Shown here piece by piece: positions 1-11,445 of a stretch of DNA of 64,000 nucleotides. The notes below the pieces were generated by a model, which saw only the letters and a list, made by a program, of their open reading frames with translations, did not search any database and had not been told where the DNA came from. Position 1 is the stretch's first letter. The number at the start of each line of letters is the position of its first letter. The position numbers and the translations under genes were made by a program. The stretch is from Eledone cirrhosa (Eukaryota), in the NCBI GenBank assembly GCA_964016885.1, contig OZ024745.1:106826001-106890000 (forward strand), given 5' to 3'.

Positions 1-2
1 AG

Positions 3-329
3 CATAGGTTCTCAAAGTGGACGCTTGCCTCCACCCCACCGGGGGTTGGCGTTGAGAATGACGAGGGCTCGCTGGGGTGGCGATAGAGATGATATAATAG
101 TATATGAAATATCAAATGATAAATATATAGTAAAATAAAAAAAATATATAATATTTATTTATACATAGTATATATTATATTATTATATAGAAATTAACGA
201 TTATATTTATTACATATTTAGAATTTGCGTGTGTAGGCAGGTCTCTCTGGAAATAGGGGGGGGGGGGGGGGCTGAGGGCATTACATAGCCATGAAAGGGG
301 CAGTGGCCCAAATATTTCGAGAACCTCTG
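3..329. mobile_element. hAT-type MITE (non-autonomous DNA transposon)
   Basis: Imperfect TIRs CATAGGTTCTCAAA (3-16) and TTCGAGAACCTCTG (316-329). Right flank is CTTTAGAG, and its last two bases AG match positions 1-2, consistent with an 8-bp TSD cut by the window edge. Confidence 0.65.
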
Positions 330-334
330 CTTTA

Positions 335-440
335 GAGGATCGGACGAAATGCGCTGTTGTGTATATTCAAGCCCTGCGTTGTTAATTCAAATACCACAGA
401 GGTCAACTTTGCTTTTTACCCTTCTGTCGTCGATAAATAA
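335..440 (+). mobile_element. Degenerate tRNA-derived SINE fragment (Meta-domain-like family)
   Basis: Resembles the intact copies elsewhere in the window (aattcaaataccacagaggtcaactttgctttttacccttctgtcgtcgataaa). Confidence 0.55.
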
Positions 441-717
441 AATATAGCGTGAGGACGATTGACGGAAAAGTCGATAGAGCAACTGACAGAATGCCTTGCG
501 CTTATTGGTTAAAGTGCTTTGCTTTTCTGAGGTGAAATATGACCATGACCTACTTAGAGTCACTCACCTCAATACAACTACGAGGCCATTGGGATGCTTT
601 TAGTGAAGACTACTCTGTTGCAATCTTTCTGGCAAGGTCTCCGGTTTGATAATACCCCCCCCCCTCCTTCCATTAGTTTTGTCACTAAGTGTCAAAACTA
701 AATAAAATAAATAAAAA

Positions 718-784
718 CGGTCCAGGAATCGAACTCACAACCTACGATTGCGAATCCAATTTTCTAACCACTCAGCCACGCGCC

Positions 785-789
<5 letters not shown>
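718..789 (-). mobile_element. tRNA-like head of CORE-like SINE (family 2)
   Basis: Reverse complement has an A box (TGGCTGAGTGG) and B box (GAGTTCGATTCC). Matches the head of the 5425-5575 copy. Confidence 0.7.
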
Positions 790-824
<35 letters not shown>

Positions 825-1897
825 CTAAAAAAAAAAAAAAAGAAATTATTCTTTGAAAAAAGACAATAGTCTCAGGTGCAGATACGATTTAGCCACAGGA
901 CAATCCTCAAATAGACGTTTGACCAAAATACTTTCCATTTGTAACGATGATTTCAATCTCCGCTCCGAGTGTATATCAACGTTAGGGCGGGGGAGAGAGA
1001 GAGGGGGGAGAGAGAGGGGAGGGGGAGAGAGGGGGGGGGGGGGGCTATCATTAAAACCACAAAGAAACTTCCTTTGGGATGCAATCGCCTAGAACGTCAG
1101 CTAAACCTGTATAAGGTGCAAGCTGTAAAATTCATTCTCAATGAATAAGCCTCAGTGTGATCACATGGCTAGCAAGAAGTAGCAAAACATTGACACCAAT
1201 AAGATTAATACCACTTTTGTCTGCCTACGGTGAGAGAAAAAAAAAATGTACTGTAGCAATTGTGTTTACCTTTCTTTCACACCGACGTTAAATATTGTAT
1301 GTTTGCGAAAGGCTTGCCTTACATTTCAAATTATCCTGAATAACACTGTTTAGTGCATAATTAATACACACACATTATATATATACATATATATATTTTG
1401 TATATATAGACACAAGATAGTAACACTGCCTATATATATATATATATATATATAACGTAAAAGGACGTCAGATCATGCGGCAAAAAGAAGAATAAGACTA
1501 AGAAAATCTCTCTCTCTCTCGATATATAATCGTTTAAACTTGTATAATTAATGCTCGTGAACTAATCTTCATGGACCTTTTTTATTTATTTATTGAGAAT
1601 CATAATCAACATACTGTATATTTTATAGGCATCGATTAAATATACATTTAGTGTGTAATATAGAATTGAAACTATTTCTATATTAAATATTTATACTTTG
1701 CTATGGGTTACCCCCCGATTGAACCCGGGATACACAGAGACAAAGAGAAAGAAATGGATAAAAACGAAAGAAAAGAACGATCAATGGAATGTGTTGTTAT
1801 TTGTATATATTTTAATTATGTCCATGGTTCTGAAGGAAGGAGCTAAGAGTCTTAGTATCATGAAACCTCTGGTAATGCAGAGATAAGTCAAACTAAT

Positions 1898-2084
1898 ATA
1901 ATTGTTTCTACTTTTGGCACAAGGCCAGCAATTATCCCAGTGTATTACTGGTACTTTATTTTATCGACTCCGTAAGGGTGAAAGGCAAAGTTAACCTTGG
2001 CGGGATTTGAACTCAGACCATAAAAGGCCGTAACTCTTTGCTGCAAAGCATGGCGACCCACCCTCTACCGATACTGCCAATCCA
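1898..2084 (-). mobile_element. tRNA-derived SINE, Meta-domain-like family
   Basis: Minus strand reads TGGCAGTATCGG (A box), GAGTTCAAATCC (B box), CCTTTCACCCTTACGGAGTCGATAAAATAAAGTACCAG and the GTAGAAACAATT tail. More than 12 copies in the window. Confidence 0.85.
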
Positions 2085-2659
2085 TAATACAATATTATAT
2101 ATATATATAAAATATGAGAAGAAAGAAGAATACTGCGTGGTTGCACATGGGTTACATATGATAAAAATAGTCCTTCGTCAGTGATTTTCCAACCATCATT
2201 GGTATTTCATCGCATTAAAAATCATATACCTCAAGTTGGTGCGGGCAATAACTAAAAAAAGTTATTGGGACCAGTAAATCGCGTAAAGCGAGGGGGACAA
2301 GTAAACAACATAGAAGGATAAAAGCAAACCAAAGATAGGAAAAAAACTAGCAACATGGTTGTCCGGTCAGCATAAGCTGGGTGGATTTCATGAGCGAAAG
2401 GTACAGACCGTCCGTGGTGAGTGAGATGTAAGTAAGAAGAGACCCACTGTAAGCCAAACGGGAGGAAGTTAGAAGGGGAGAAACAGAGAGTGAGTGAGTG
2501 AAAGTGCGAGGAAGCGGTCAGTCGAGAGAAAAGTGTAACTGACAGAGGGGGCGAAAGAAGGTGAGAGAAACAGAGAGAACGGGGAAGCAGTAAGAGAGAA
2601 ACAGACAAACGCAGCAGAGGTAAATATATATTAAAAAAACATGAGAAGAAAGAAGAATA

Positions 2660-2810
2660 CATGCTTTCCAGCATAATTATGTCTCTTTACGGTCTGAGTT
2701 CAAATCCCGCCGAGGTTAACTTTGCCTTTCATCATTACGGGGCCGATAAAATAAAGTACCAGTAATGTACTGGTTAATTGCTGACCTTGTGCCAAAAGTA
2801 GAAACAATTA
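2660..2810 (+). mobile_element. Meta-domain-like SINE, 5'-truncated
   Basis: B box GAGTTCAAATCC, central domain and GTAGAAACAATTA tail. Confidence 0.8.
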
Positions 2811-3150
2811 TATATATATATATGTATAAATTAATACATTTATTAATTTATCTTGACTCTGTTTTCCTGTATTTTTCATCGGAAAAAATTTTTTTTGAAT
2901 ACATCTCTTTTCATGATATTCGGATTACATTCAGTTCTTCATACGGATTGGACACTACCGTACATTTTGGTAGATTTATCTACATATATATATATATATA
3001 TCATAAAACATGTCTATAGAATCACAAGATAAAATATATACTATTTCCTCTCCCAATTAGCATAATTAACTATATAAAAAAATCGAATAGACCAGGCTAT
3101 ACGAATGAGGCTTCTATGAAGGAATCGCCGACAAATAACCAAAACTAGCG

Positions 3151-3208
<58 letters not shown>

Positions 3209-3448
3209 GCACAAATGTACAAATATAATATACATATCAAAACTACCACCTATAATAATAACAACTAACGACAAGAAATTACCTCATTCTCTTCCTCTTT
3301 CTATGACTTTCTACCTGCCTGCCTCTCTCTCTCTTCCACTAGTTGAGTTCATGAACTCCTTAGCTCTGGAGTACTTCTAACAGAACGATAGGGATATATA
3401 TATATATATATATATATATGCCAAACAGGCGTGCAGAGACGTGCAGAG

Positions 3449-3479
<31 letters not shown>

Positions 3480-4196
3480 GAGAATCGTATAGACACATAT
3501 AGAAACACAGGCCCCCCCCCCCCCCCCATCGCCTTCATCTAACATATACATATGCCACTCAACAAGCACAGAGGCGAAGTATGAAATGCCACTAGCTTCA
3601 TCATCCACAGCTCCCAGCAAAATAATAATACTAATAATATCGCCTGACGCCACAGTTAGGTCGGCGCGGGTGGAATGGGTGGGCGTAGGGGGGGGGGTTA
3701 TACAACTAAAAAACAACTACTACTCTACTAAAACCAGCAGTAGTAGCATCATCATCATCATCATCATCACGAAGAATAGAGAAAAGAGACCCTTTCCCTA
3801 CTTTCGCATATAAATGAAAAAAAAAAAAAAAAAAAAAAGAAAGATGGTGGTGGTGGTAGGGAAGGAGAGACAGCTTGGTTGATCTTTGCAGCCCCCGTTT
3901 AAAGGATCATACGAAGTGCCCTGGCTGTGTGACCTTTGATTAGTAACAGCAGACAGAGGCAGAGAGAGAGAGAGGCGGGAGGAAAGAGAATAACACAGAG
4001 GCGGGGAGAATGAAAAAAAAAAAAAAAAAAAAGAATTGAGGATAAATACAAAAAGTGAAAGGAATTAGCTTGGAAATTGTGTAAAAGATATGAACAATGC
4101 GAGAAAATGTACAAAAACAGAGACAACAGTGGATGAGTAAAACGTGAAGGTGAAGACGTGAAGTGGGGGCTTCCTATATATATATATATATATATA

Positions 4197-4425
4197 TGTT
4201 TGACCCCGACGGTAGAGCTCAAGTCGTTTCGACGGCTATTTCCGGACTAAACAGTCTAGAAATAACCGTCGAAACGGCTTCAGCTCTGCTGTCGGCGTCA
4301 AACATTTTCCTATTACCCACTCTACTACCGTAAGTATTGAGTACTCTGGTGTGTTATGGTCCATCTGGTTCCTTACCACACCTCCTTCGTTATATATATA
4401 TAACGAAGGAGGTGTGGTAAGGAAC
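4197..4425 (+). mobile_element. Fold-back element family P1 (palindrome plus tail), with a short inverted tail copy
   Basis: Palindrome of ~110 bp at 4197-4305, tail CCTATTACCCACTCTACTACC..TGAGTACTCTGG..CCTTCGT, then (TA)n and an inverted tail piece at 4401-4425. Confidence 0.8.
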
Positions 4426-4522
4426 ATCTTGTTCAGTCAAACAAAGCCGTACGTTAAAACTACCCACGGCGCAGATTACTCACAACCTCTAACTGAACTA
4501 CCTATAACGATAATTTGTTATC

Positions 4523-4557
<35 letters not shown>

Positions 4558-4663
4558 CATAGATTCAGAGAGCGAGAGTTTATTCCACAACAATTACCAA
4601 ACGATACTCGTGGAATTAACTCTGCACTGGAATCGTCCTTTGGAGTGAGTGCTCTACCAACTT

Positions 4664-4717
<54 letters not shown>

Positions 4718-4757
4718 CACACATATATATAATTATTAAGGCCAGTTACGACAATTG

Positions 4758-4921
4758 AGCCATACAAGGAACCTACGTTTCGTTGGCCCAGAGGACGAAC
4801 ATTTTTAACCTGTGTCAGTGGAACTTGGGCCTCCGGACCAACGAAACTTACGTTCCTAGTATGGCTACGAACTTGAGTTGCTCTCGCGTTCTACCTTGGA
4901 TATTTATACTAAGTTATTACC

Positions 4922-4925
<4 letters not shown>
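4758..4925 (+). mobile_element. Fold-back element (distinct family) with half-hammerhead motif
   Basis: Inverted arms AGCCATAC..GTTTCGTTGGCCCAGAGG and CCTCCGGACCAACGAAACTTACGTTCCTAGTATGGCT. Tail contains TGAGTTGCTC. Sits between TA-rich tracts. Confidence 0.55.
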
Positions 4926-4976
<51 letters not shown>

Positions 4977-5130
4977 AGGAAAATGTTTAACCCCGACGGC
5001 AGAGTTCAAGCCGTTTCGACGGCTATTTCTAGAGAGAAATAGCCGTCGAAACGGCTTGAGCTCTACCCTAAGTATTGAGTACTCTGGTGCATTATGGTCA
5101 ATCTGGTTCCTTACCACACCTCCTTCGTTA
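4977..5130 (+). mobile_element. Fold-back element family P1, internally deleted
   Basis: Same palindrome and tail as 4197-4391, with the end of the right arm deleted. Confidence 0.8.
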
Positions 5131-5147
5131 TATATATATATATAAAA

Positions 5148-5370
5148 ATCATCATCATCATCACTTTACGTCCGTTCTTCCATGCTAGCATGGGTGAGAC
5201 GGGTTGTCCTGTTTTAGGCAGTGTCCGGTCGGCTGACCTTGTTTTGTTCATACAGGAACTGATTCTGGCTTGATTTCTACAGCTGGATGCCCTTCCTAAC
5301 ACCAACCTCATTTACAGTGAGTGCTGGGTGCTTTTTTCCGTGGCGCCTACACGTCCACTTTGCAGTGGAA
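5148..5370 (-). mobile_element. Short retroelement with (GAT)n tail (RTE-tail-like SINE family 3)
   Basis: Close inverted match to 40265-40515. Starts with (ATC)n followed by TTTACGTCCGTTCTTCCATGCTAGCATGGG. Confidence 0.75.
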
Positions 5371-5424
5371 TGATAGGGATCAGTTTACTCAGTTGTAGAA
5401 ATGAGATGATAGGGATCCCAGTCC

Positions 5425-5575
5425 CTATCATCTCATTTCTACAGCTGAGTAAACTGGAGCAAATGTGAAATAAAGTGTCTTGCTCAAGGAAACAGCACAT
5501 CACAGGACAGAGAATTGAACTCACAACCTTTCGATTGCAAGCCCAATGCTCTAACCACTAAGCCACGTGCCTTCA
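5425..5575 (-). mobile_element. CORE-like tRNA-derived SINE (family 2)
   Basis: A/B boxes followed by CCTTGAGCAAGACACTTTATTTCACATTTGCTCCAG..CTCAGCTG, which resembles a CORE domain. Confidence 0.75.
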
Positions 5576-5795
5576 CAATCCCTAAATATATATATATATT
5601 TATTTAGGGATTGTAACGTCCAGTTACTATAGGTTCACCAGAGTGAGCACTCGATGCGTACTTTCCAGTAAATATAGAGCTGTAGTACTAAGCAGAGTGT
5701 AATAGTAACACAAATCGCCCTTTTTATATAATAGTAGTAATAATAATAATAATATTAACTGGAATAGCTAAGCCGCTTTACCGATTGATTGTGTT

Positions 5796-5826
<31 letters not shown>

Positions 5827-5914
5827 GTGAAAAATTGAACGGGAACAAAACAGAGAGGCAGTACGAACAAAGGTTTATTAGTTTCACGCTCTTGAGAGTG
5901 GGGTGGTGGTGGGG

Positions 5915-5949
5915 AACGACGTTTCGGGCATAAGCCCTTCTTCAGGTGA
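5915..5949 (-). ncRNA. Minimal type I hammerhead ribozyme motif (Penelope pLTR-like)
   Basis: Minus strand reads CAC-CUGAAGA-A-GGGC UUAU GCCC-GAA-ACGU-C-GUU. Full core, 4-bp stem II, palindromic ACGU stem III and a weak stem I. Confidence 0.65.
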
Positions 5950-6087
5950 AAAAGTGTGCGGGAAGAGAGTTCAAAGGGTGTGTAGGGAAGTGGTGGAGAG
6001 ACATATAGCAAACAGGGGGTGAGAGGACACGGTGCAAATGAAATTAAAAATAAAGGCATGATCAAAATAAAATTAAAATGGGGTAAA

Positions 6088-6278
6088 ACAGGATATATTC
6101 CATTTAGAAGTGACAGCTACATGGCTAGTACTGTTCCATTCGGTGCTGAAGCTAGGCTATCTGATGATTTCACCTCCGAATGAAACAGTACTAGTCCCTT
6201 AAGAAATCTCTTCTAAACGGAATATTATCTCGTAGTTCACCCCCTCCCCCCTCCTCCATCATTTAATGGAATAACATT
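6088..6278 (+). mobile_element. Fold-back element with hammerhead core (family H2)
   Basis: CTGATGA (6161-6167), TTTCACCTCCGAAT, GAAACAGTACTAGTC. A degenerate inverted copy lies at 6088-6150 and the tail ends GGAATAAC before (TA)n. Confidence 0.6.
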
Positions 6279-6292
6279 CTATATATATATAT

Positions 6293-6326
<34 letters not shown>

Positions 6327-6516
6327 TCTACGCATTTATTCTACATATACATATATACGTGTGTGTGTGTGTGTGTAAAATGTTATTCCGTTAAATGATG
6401 GAGGAGGGGGGGGGGGACTACGAGTAAATTACTTAATACTTTGGCGTGTGTGTGTAATCCAGTTATCCATTCGCCGTCGAAACTGAAAGAGCTCAGCCGT
6501 CGGGACCTAATTCCAC

Positions 6517-6562
<46 letters not shown>

Positions 6563-6877
6563 CACACTTTATTATACCTACTTTATTTTATATGTGAACA
6601 AATACTAAAGTATACACAATTACGTCTATACAAATAAATATATAAATGTATTCAGAGCTTCGAGTTACTATATCCTGTTTGATGTCAAAAGATTGTGTGT
6701 GTGTATATATATATATAACCGATAGTTTTCATCTAATATTGGCCCAGGCCTTGTGTGTGTATATATAAATATATATATATATATATAGTAATAATAATAA
6801 ATTTGAAGACTAAAATCCTTTGAAGGCTCGATGAGGATAAATATATATCAAATATATAAGAACATTTTAATTAATAA

Positions 6878-6909
<32 letters not shown>

Positions 6910-7065
6910 GTATATATATATATATAACAGATAGTTTTCATCTAATATTGGCCCAAGCCTTGTCTATCCCCCACCCCCGAGCGTGGGTGAATGTAATAGA
7001 AGCTACAACCATAAGTGCGTGTATGAATATCATTTTCTTGATTTAAAGATATAAACGCACGCACA

Positions 7066-7102
<37 letters not shown>

Positions 7103-7219
7103 TGTGTAGTTAGTTGTAAACATTTCTGTGGATGTAACTGTGAACCACAAATTATAAGTTATTTCCTCTGACAATAATAATAATAATAATGATTTCATTT
7201 ATTAGCCACAAGGGCCGAA

Positions 7220-7365
7220 CAGTTTCTATTTTTGGCACAAGGCCAGCAATTAAATCAGTGTATTACTGGTACTTTATTTTATCGACCCCGTAAGGATGAA
7301 AGGCAAAGTTGACCTCAGCGGGATTTGAACTCAGACCATAAAGGGCCGTAACTCTATGCTGCAAA
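7220..7365 (-). mobile_element. Meta-domain-like SINE, 5'-truncated
   Basis: Matches the family consensus. Bracketed by duplicated ATAATGATTTCATTTTATTAGCCACAAGGGCCGA. Confidence 0.8.
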
Positions 7366-8463
7366 AATAATGATTTCATTTATTAGCCACAAGGGCCGAT
7401 TAATAATAATACAAACATCACCTATCAACTACGTGGTCATTTGACCTGCTAGAAATAATAGCCAGTCTTTCGTCAATTGATCATATTGGATAATGTGATC
7501 CTTGATTTACTTGCACACAGGATAATCATGATTGGTAAGACTTATCACATAGGACTACTTGATCAGGGCTCACCAAGGGCTAAACACAAACAACACCCAT
7601 CTAGTCTCTCTCTCTCTCTCTCACTCACACACACACGTTAGTTTGAGGTAGTGGAACGGCTGGTCTTCAGTAGTCAACCCTACTCTAGAAAACTGGAAGT
7701 TGTTTCTTTTAACATAGTAACTAACGAACGGGATAGTGTACACACACACACACATGTGAACGGGGTGGAGAAAGGGACCGTGAGTGAGTGAGTGAGTAAG
7801 AAGGCAACACAAATAAATAAACTTTCACGTTAGCATATATCATTGTTTACTTTTAATCTCGTACAGAGCCTGACCGGTGAGAGTTCAAGCGGTCATACAA
7901 TCATCATGTCCTTTCTTTTATTTCTTCCACCAAACCTCTCGTTTATTTTTATTTAGTTTTCTTTTTTAATTATTAAATGAGAGAAAACAGACACATACGC
8001 CACAACAATAAACACGAACAGTATATATAAACACGAAAAGTATATATACACACGAACAGATATACATTATATATTATCTTATTGGTTTCAGTATACGCAT
8101 ACACACATACATAGACACGAACACTATATATATATACACCAGAAAATTATATATATATATATATATATATACATATGAATGTGTGTATTTCCACTCCTAT
8201 ATTTCGGAGTATTTCATTTTATAATTTTCTAGATCACAATTTAAAAAGTTGTCCACTAAGAAAATGTGTTGAATTTTATCAACACCTACTACCTCCACTC
8301 CCCATGTGAAGACACTTCAATCCTCAACCCCCTCGCCACCCAAGAGAACTATCACTACCACCTCTGATACCCCTGTATATCACAGTAACCACTCCATCCA
8401 TATCAGATGCTCATTTTCAGGCCTCATTGAATGAAGGGAGCATTAATAGAATATATATATATA

Positions 8464-8659
8464 TAGGAACGAGTAGGACCCCGACGGCTGAGCTCAAGCC
8501 GTTTCGACGGCTAATTCTAGACTCAGAATTAGCCGTCGAAACGGCTTGAGCTCAGCCGTCGGGGTCCTACTCGTTCCTATTACCCACTCTACTACCCTAA
8601 GTATTGAGTACTTTGGCGCGTTATGGTCCACCTGGTTCCTTACCACATTTCCTTCGTTA
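8464..8659 (+). mobile_element. Fold-back element family P1 (near-perfect copy)
   Basis: Near-perfect ~117-bp palindrome TAGGAACGAGTAGGACCCCGACGGC...GCCGTCGGGGTCCTACTCGTTCCTA plus a ~78-nt tail, flanked by (TA)n. Confidence 0.85.
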
Positions 8660-8673
8660 TATATATATATATA

Positions 8674-8822
8674 TAATTATTTCTACTTTTGGCACAAGGT
8701 CAGCAATTATCCTAGTGCATTACTGGTACTTTATTTTATCGACCCCGTAAGGATGAAAGGCAAAGTCAACCTCGGCGAGATTTGAAATCAGACCATAAAG
8801 GGCCGTAACTCTATGCTACAAA
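8674..8822 (-). mobile_element. Meta-domain-like SINE, 5'-truncated
   Basis: Matches the family consensus. Confidence 0.8.
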
Positions 8823-9066
8823 AATAATGATTTCATTTATATAATGTTAAGTATATCCGTGTGTGTGTGTATGTATATATATATATATACACACACATAC
8901 AAATGGAAGTACAGCATAATCGAAGCTCTGGCTGCAGCTAAGCTAACGAATGCAATCGGAATGCGCTGCTAAGCACTCAAAAAGGTATTTTACCTTAGAG
9001 TTATAACATTACGTTTAGAGACCTCTGCAAATTGAAGACAGCTACCGGTAAGCCAGCCGCATATGC

Positions 9067-9092
<26 letters not shown>

Positions 9093-9098
<6 letters not shown>

Positions 9099-9255
9099 TG
9101 CTCCTACTTTTGGCATAAGGCCAGCAATTGCCCAGTGCATTACTGGCACTTTATTTTATCGAACCCGTAAGGATGAAAGGCAAAATTAACCTTGGCGGGA
9201 TTTGAACTCAGATCATAAAGGGGCGTAAATCTGTGCTGCAAAGCATAGCGTCCGT
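9093..9255 (-). mobile_element. Meta-domain-like SINE
   Basis: Matches the family consensus, including the B box. Confidence 0.8.
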
Positions 9256-9266
9256 TAAGTATATCC

Positions 9267-9309
<43 letters not shown>

Positions 9310-9671
9310 AAATGTATATACACTTTGATTACCTGTAGGGGCAATATTAGAATGCTGTTGAAGTGTGTATACATTTTGGTGGACACCATGTATATATCTA
9401 TGCATACATATGCTTGCAAACACACATGTATGTATGTATATATATATATATATATATATACATACATACAAAACATATGTATATATAAATACATGCATGT
9501 GTGTTTACAAGCATTTGTATGCATACAGATTATTTCCCAAATAACATCACGCCTCAACGCACACATAATGACCTCACGGAACTGACCAACCGTCACAAGC
9601 ACACGCGTTTTCACACCGATCACAGCGTTTTTCTTCAACACCATTAGACACGTCCCTCTCCTTCCCTGCCA

Positions 9672-9738
<67 letters not shown>

Positions 9739-9932
9739 GAGAGTGCCCTTCTCTCTCTCTATAAAATAAATTTGTCGATCGTCTTTCGTCAAATTGGAGC
9801 GAGGAAACAACGTTTCCGTTGGTCTTTCCAATTGCTAATACTATCTATCGGTCGCAACTCCAAGTAGAAGGAGCAACGTGAAATAAAGTGTCTTGCTCAA
9901 GGACATAACTCATCGCCCGGTCCAGGAATCGA

Positions 9933-10006
<74 letters not shown>

Positions 10007-10082
10007 ATACTTTGGGAGGGTTATGTGGCCAATAAAAACACGTACTATTTTATTTCCACTTGAATTTATAAATTCCAGTCAA

Positions 10083-10571
10083 TCTTAACTATAATAAAGG
10101 AAGGTCTGGGGGATTGCGCCCAGAATGTATTTTTTTTTACCCCGTTTGTAAAATAAGTTGGATTACTTTAATAAATAATGAATGAATATTACATAATTTA
10201 TGTGCTAAATTTTGTGGCTGTTGATTAAATATATTTTATAGCTTATAAAGATCTTTAAAATTATCAATTATCAAATGTCAACACTTCCGGTTAGCGGCCG
10301 TTATATTATAACACTTATAATCGCATATATTTCCGTCGCTAATTTTTTCCTGATGCAGTTTATATATAATGTCGTCTTTTTTTTTAATATATCATGGATT
10401 ACTGATTACAGAAGACTGTGTAACATAAGCTTTGTTCAATTTCTGTGTATATTGTCAATTACGATTTTATTTGATGTATCAAATTTACATGCATATATAT
10501 TTGTGTATAATATCAATATATACACTACATATGCTAGCAGAAAACCACCCGTAGGGTGGTTTTTCTGCTAG
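10083..10571 (+). mobile_element. Non-autonomous Helitron-like element
   Basis: 5' end A|TCTTAACTATAATAAAGG, 3' hairpin GCAGAAAACCACCC-GTAG-GGTGGTTTTCTGC ending CTAG|T. Inserted between A and T with no TSD. The 3' end is more certain than the 5' end. Confidence 0.65.
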
Positions 10572-10593
10572 TTAGTTTAATAAACAGATGATT

Positions 10594-10636
10594 GTCAAAG
10601 CTCTTTCGTCACACATTTTATGACCTCTACAGTGAC
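10594..10636 (-). ncRNA. Degenerate minimal hammerhead motif (A6U core change)
   Basis: Minus strand reads GUCA-CUGUAGA-G-GUCA UAAAAUGUG UGAC-GAA-AGAGCU-U-UGAC. Stems I and II pair perfectly and the core has one substitution. Confidence 0.5.
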
Positions 10637-11059
10637 TACTTTTGTTACTTTGTATCTCCTAGTTGTTTTACACCATAAAAAGTCGAATCCAATATGTTTA
10701 GCAGATTCTTCTGTTACTCATGGTACTTTTGCTTCAAAACCAAAATGGCCTAATATCAACCTAATATATATATAAAAAAATGCCGTTACAGATTAATCAG
10801 CAAAAAAAGTCGGATACCGATTATCTGCCGATTAATCGGTGAAACTCTAACATTATATATCAGATAGATTTGCCCACTTTTCCCCACCTCTACCAAATAT
10901 CATTCCCAGTGACTGTGTGTGTAATCTCTTAAGAAAACAAAATCAAGTTTATAATATAGAAATTATAAGCAACTGCAGGATAAAAATATTTCCTTTCGAA
11001 ATCACAACCATATACTAATACTAATGTATTTAACAGGGGTTGTTTATTATATATATATA

Positions 11060-11445
11060 AGGGAGAAAGGTAAGTATGTGAGAGAGCGATGGGAGAGAGA
11101 GGAAGGAGAAAGAGAACAGTGAGAGAGAGTGTGGGAAGGAGAAAGTGTGAAGTGAGAGAGAGAGTGGGAAGGAGAAAGAGAGAAGTGAGAGAGAGAAGTG
11201 AGAGAGAGAGTGTGGGAAGGAGAAAGAGAGAAGTGAGAGAGAGAGTGGGAAGGAGAAAGAAAGAAGTGAGAGAGTGGGAAGAAGAAAGAGGGAAGTGAGA
11301 GAGAGGGAAGTGAGAGAGAGGGAAGTGAGAGAGAGTGAAGGAGAGAGAGTGAAGGAGAGAGAGTGAAGGAGAGAGAGTGAAGGAGAGAGGGAGAGAGAGT
11401 GAAGGAGAGAGAGAGAGAGGGGGGAAGGAGGAGTGGGGAAGTAAG
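11060..11445. repeat. Polypurine compound tandem repeat (GAGAGAGTGGGAAGGAGAAA / GAGAGAGTGAAG units)
   Basis: Directly visible; almost purely purine on the plus strand. Confidence 0.9.

Noticed and set aside
718-789. Possible tRNA gene
   Set aside because: A/B boxes are present but no convincing cloverleaf was seen, and it matches SINE heads elsewhere in the window.
2252-2674. 140-aa hydrophobic ORF
   Set aside because: Low-complexity L/S/F translation of the CT-rich strand with no recognisable domain.
8464-8580. P1 palindromes as microRNA precursors or ordinary MITEs
   Set aside because: They are multi-copy with a constant asymmetric tail outside the inverted repeat, which fits neither class well, although small-RNA production is not excluded.
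8546-8785. Recurrent peptide ITHSTTLSIEY.GALWS.WFLTT in several ORFs
   Set aside because: Chance translation of the P1 element tail, running into microsatellite with no coding context.
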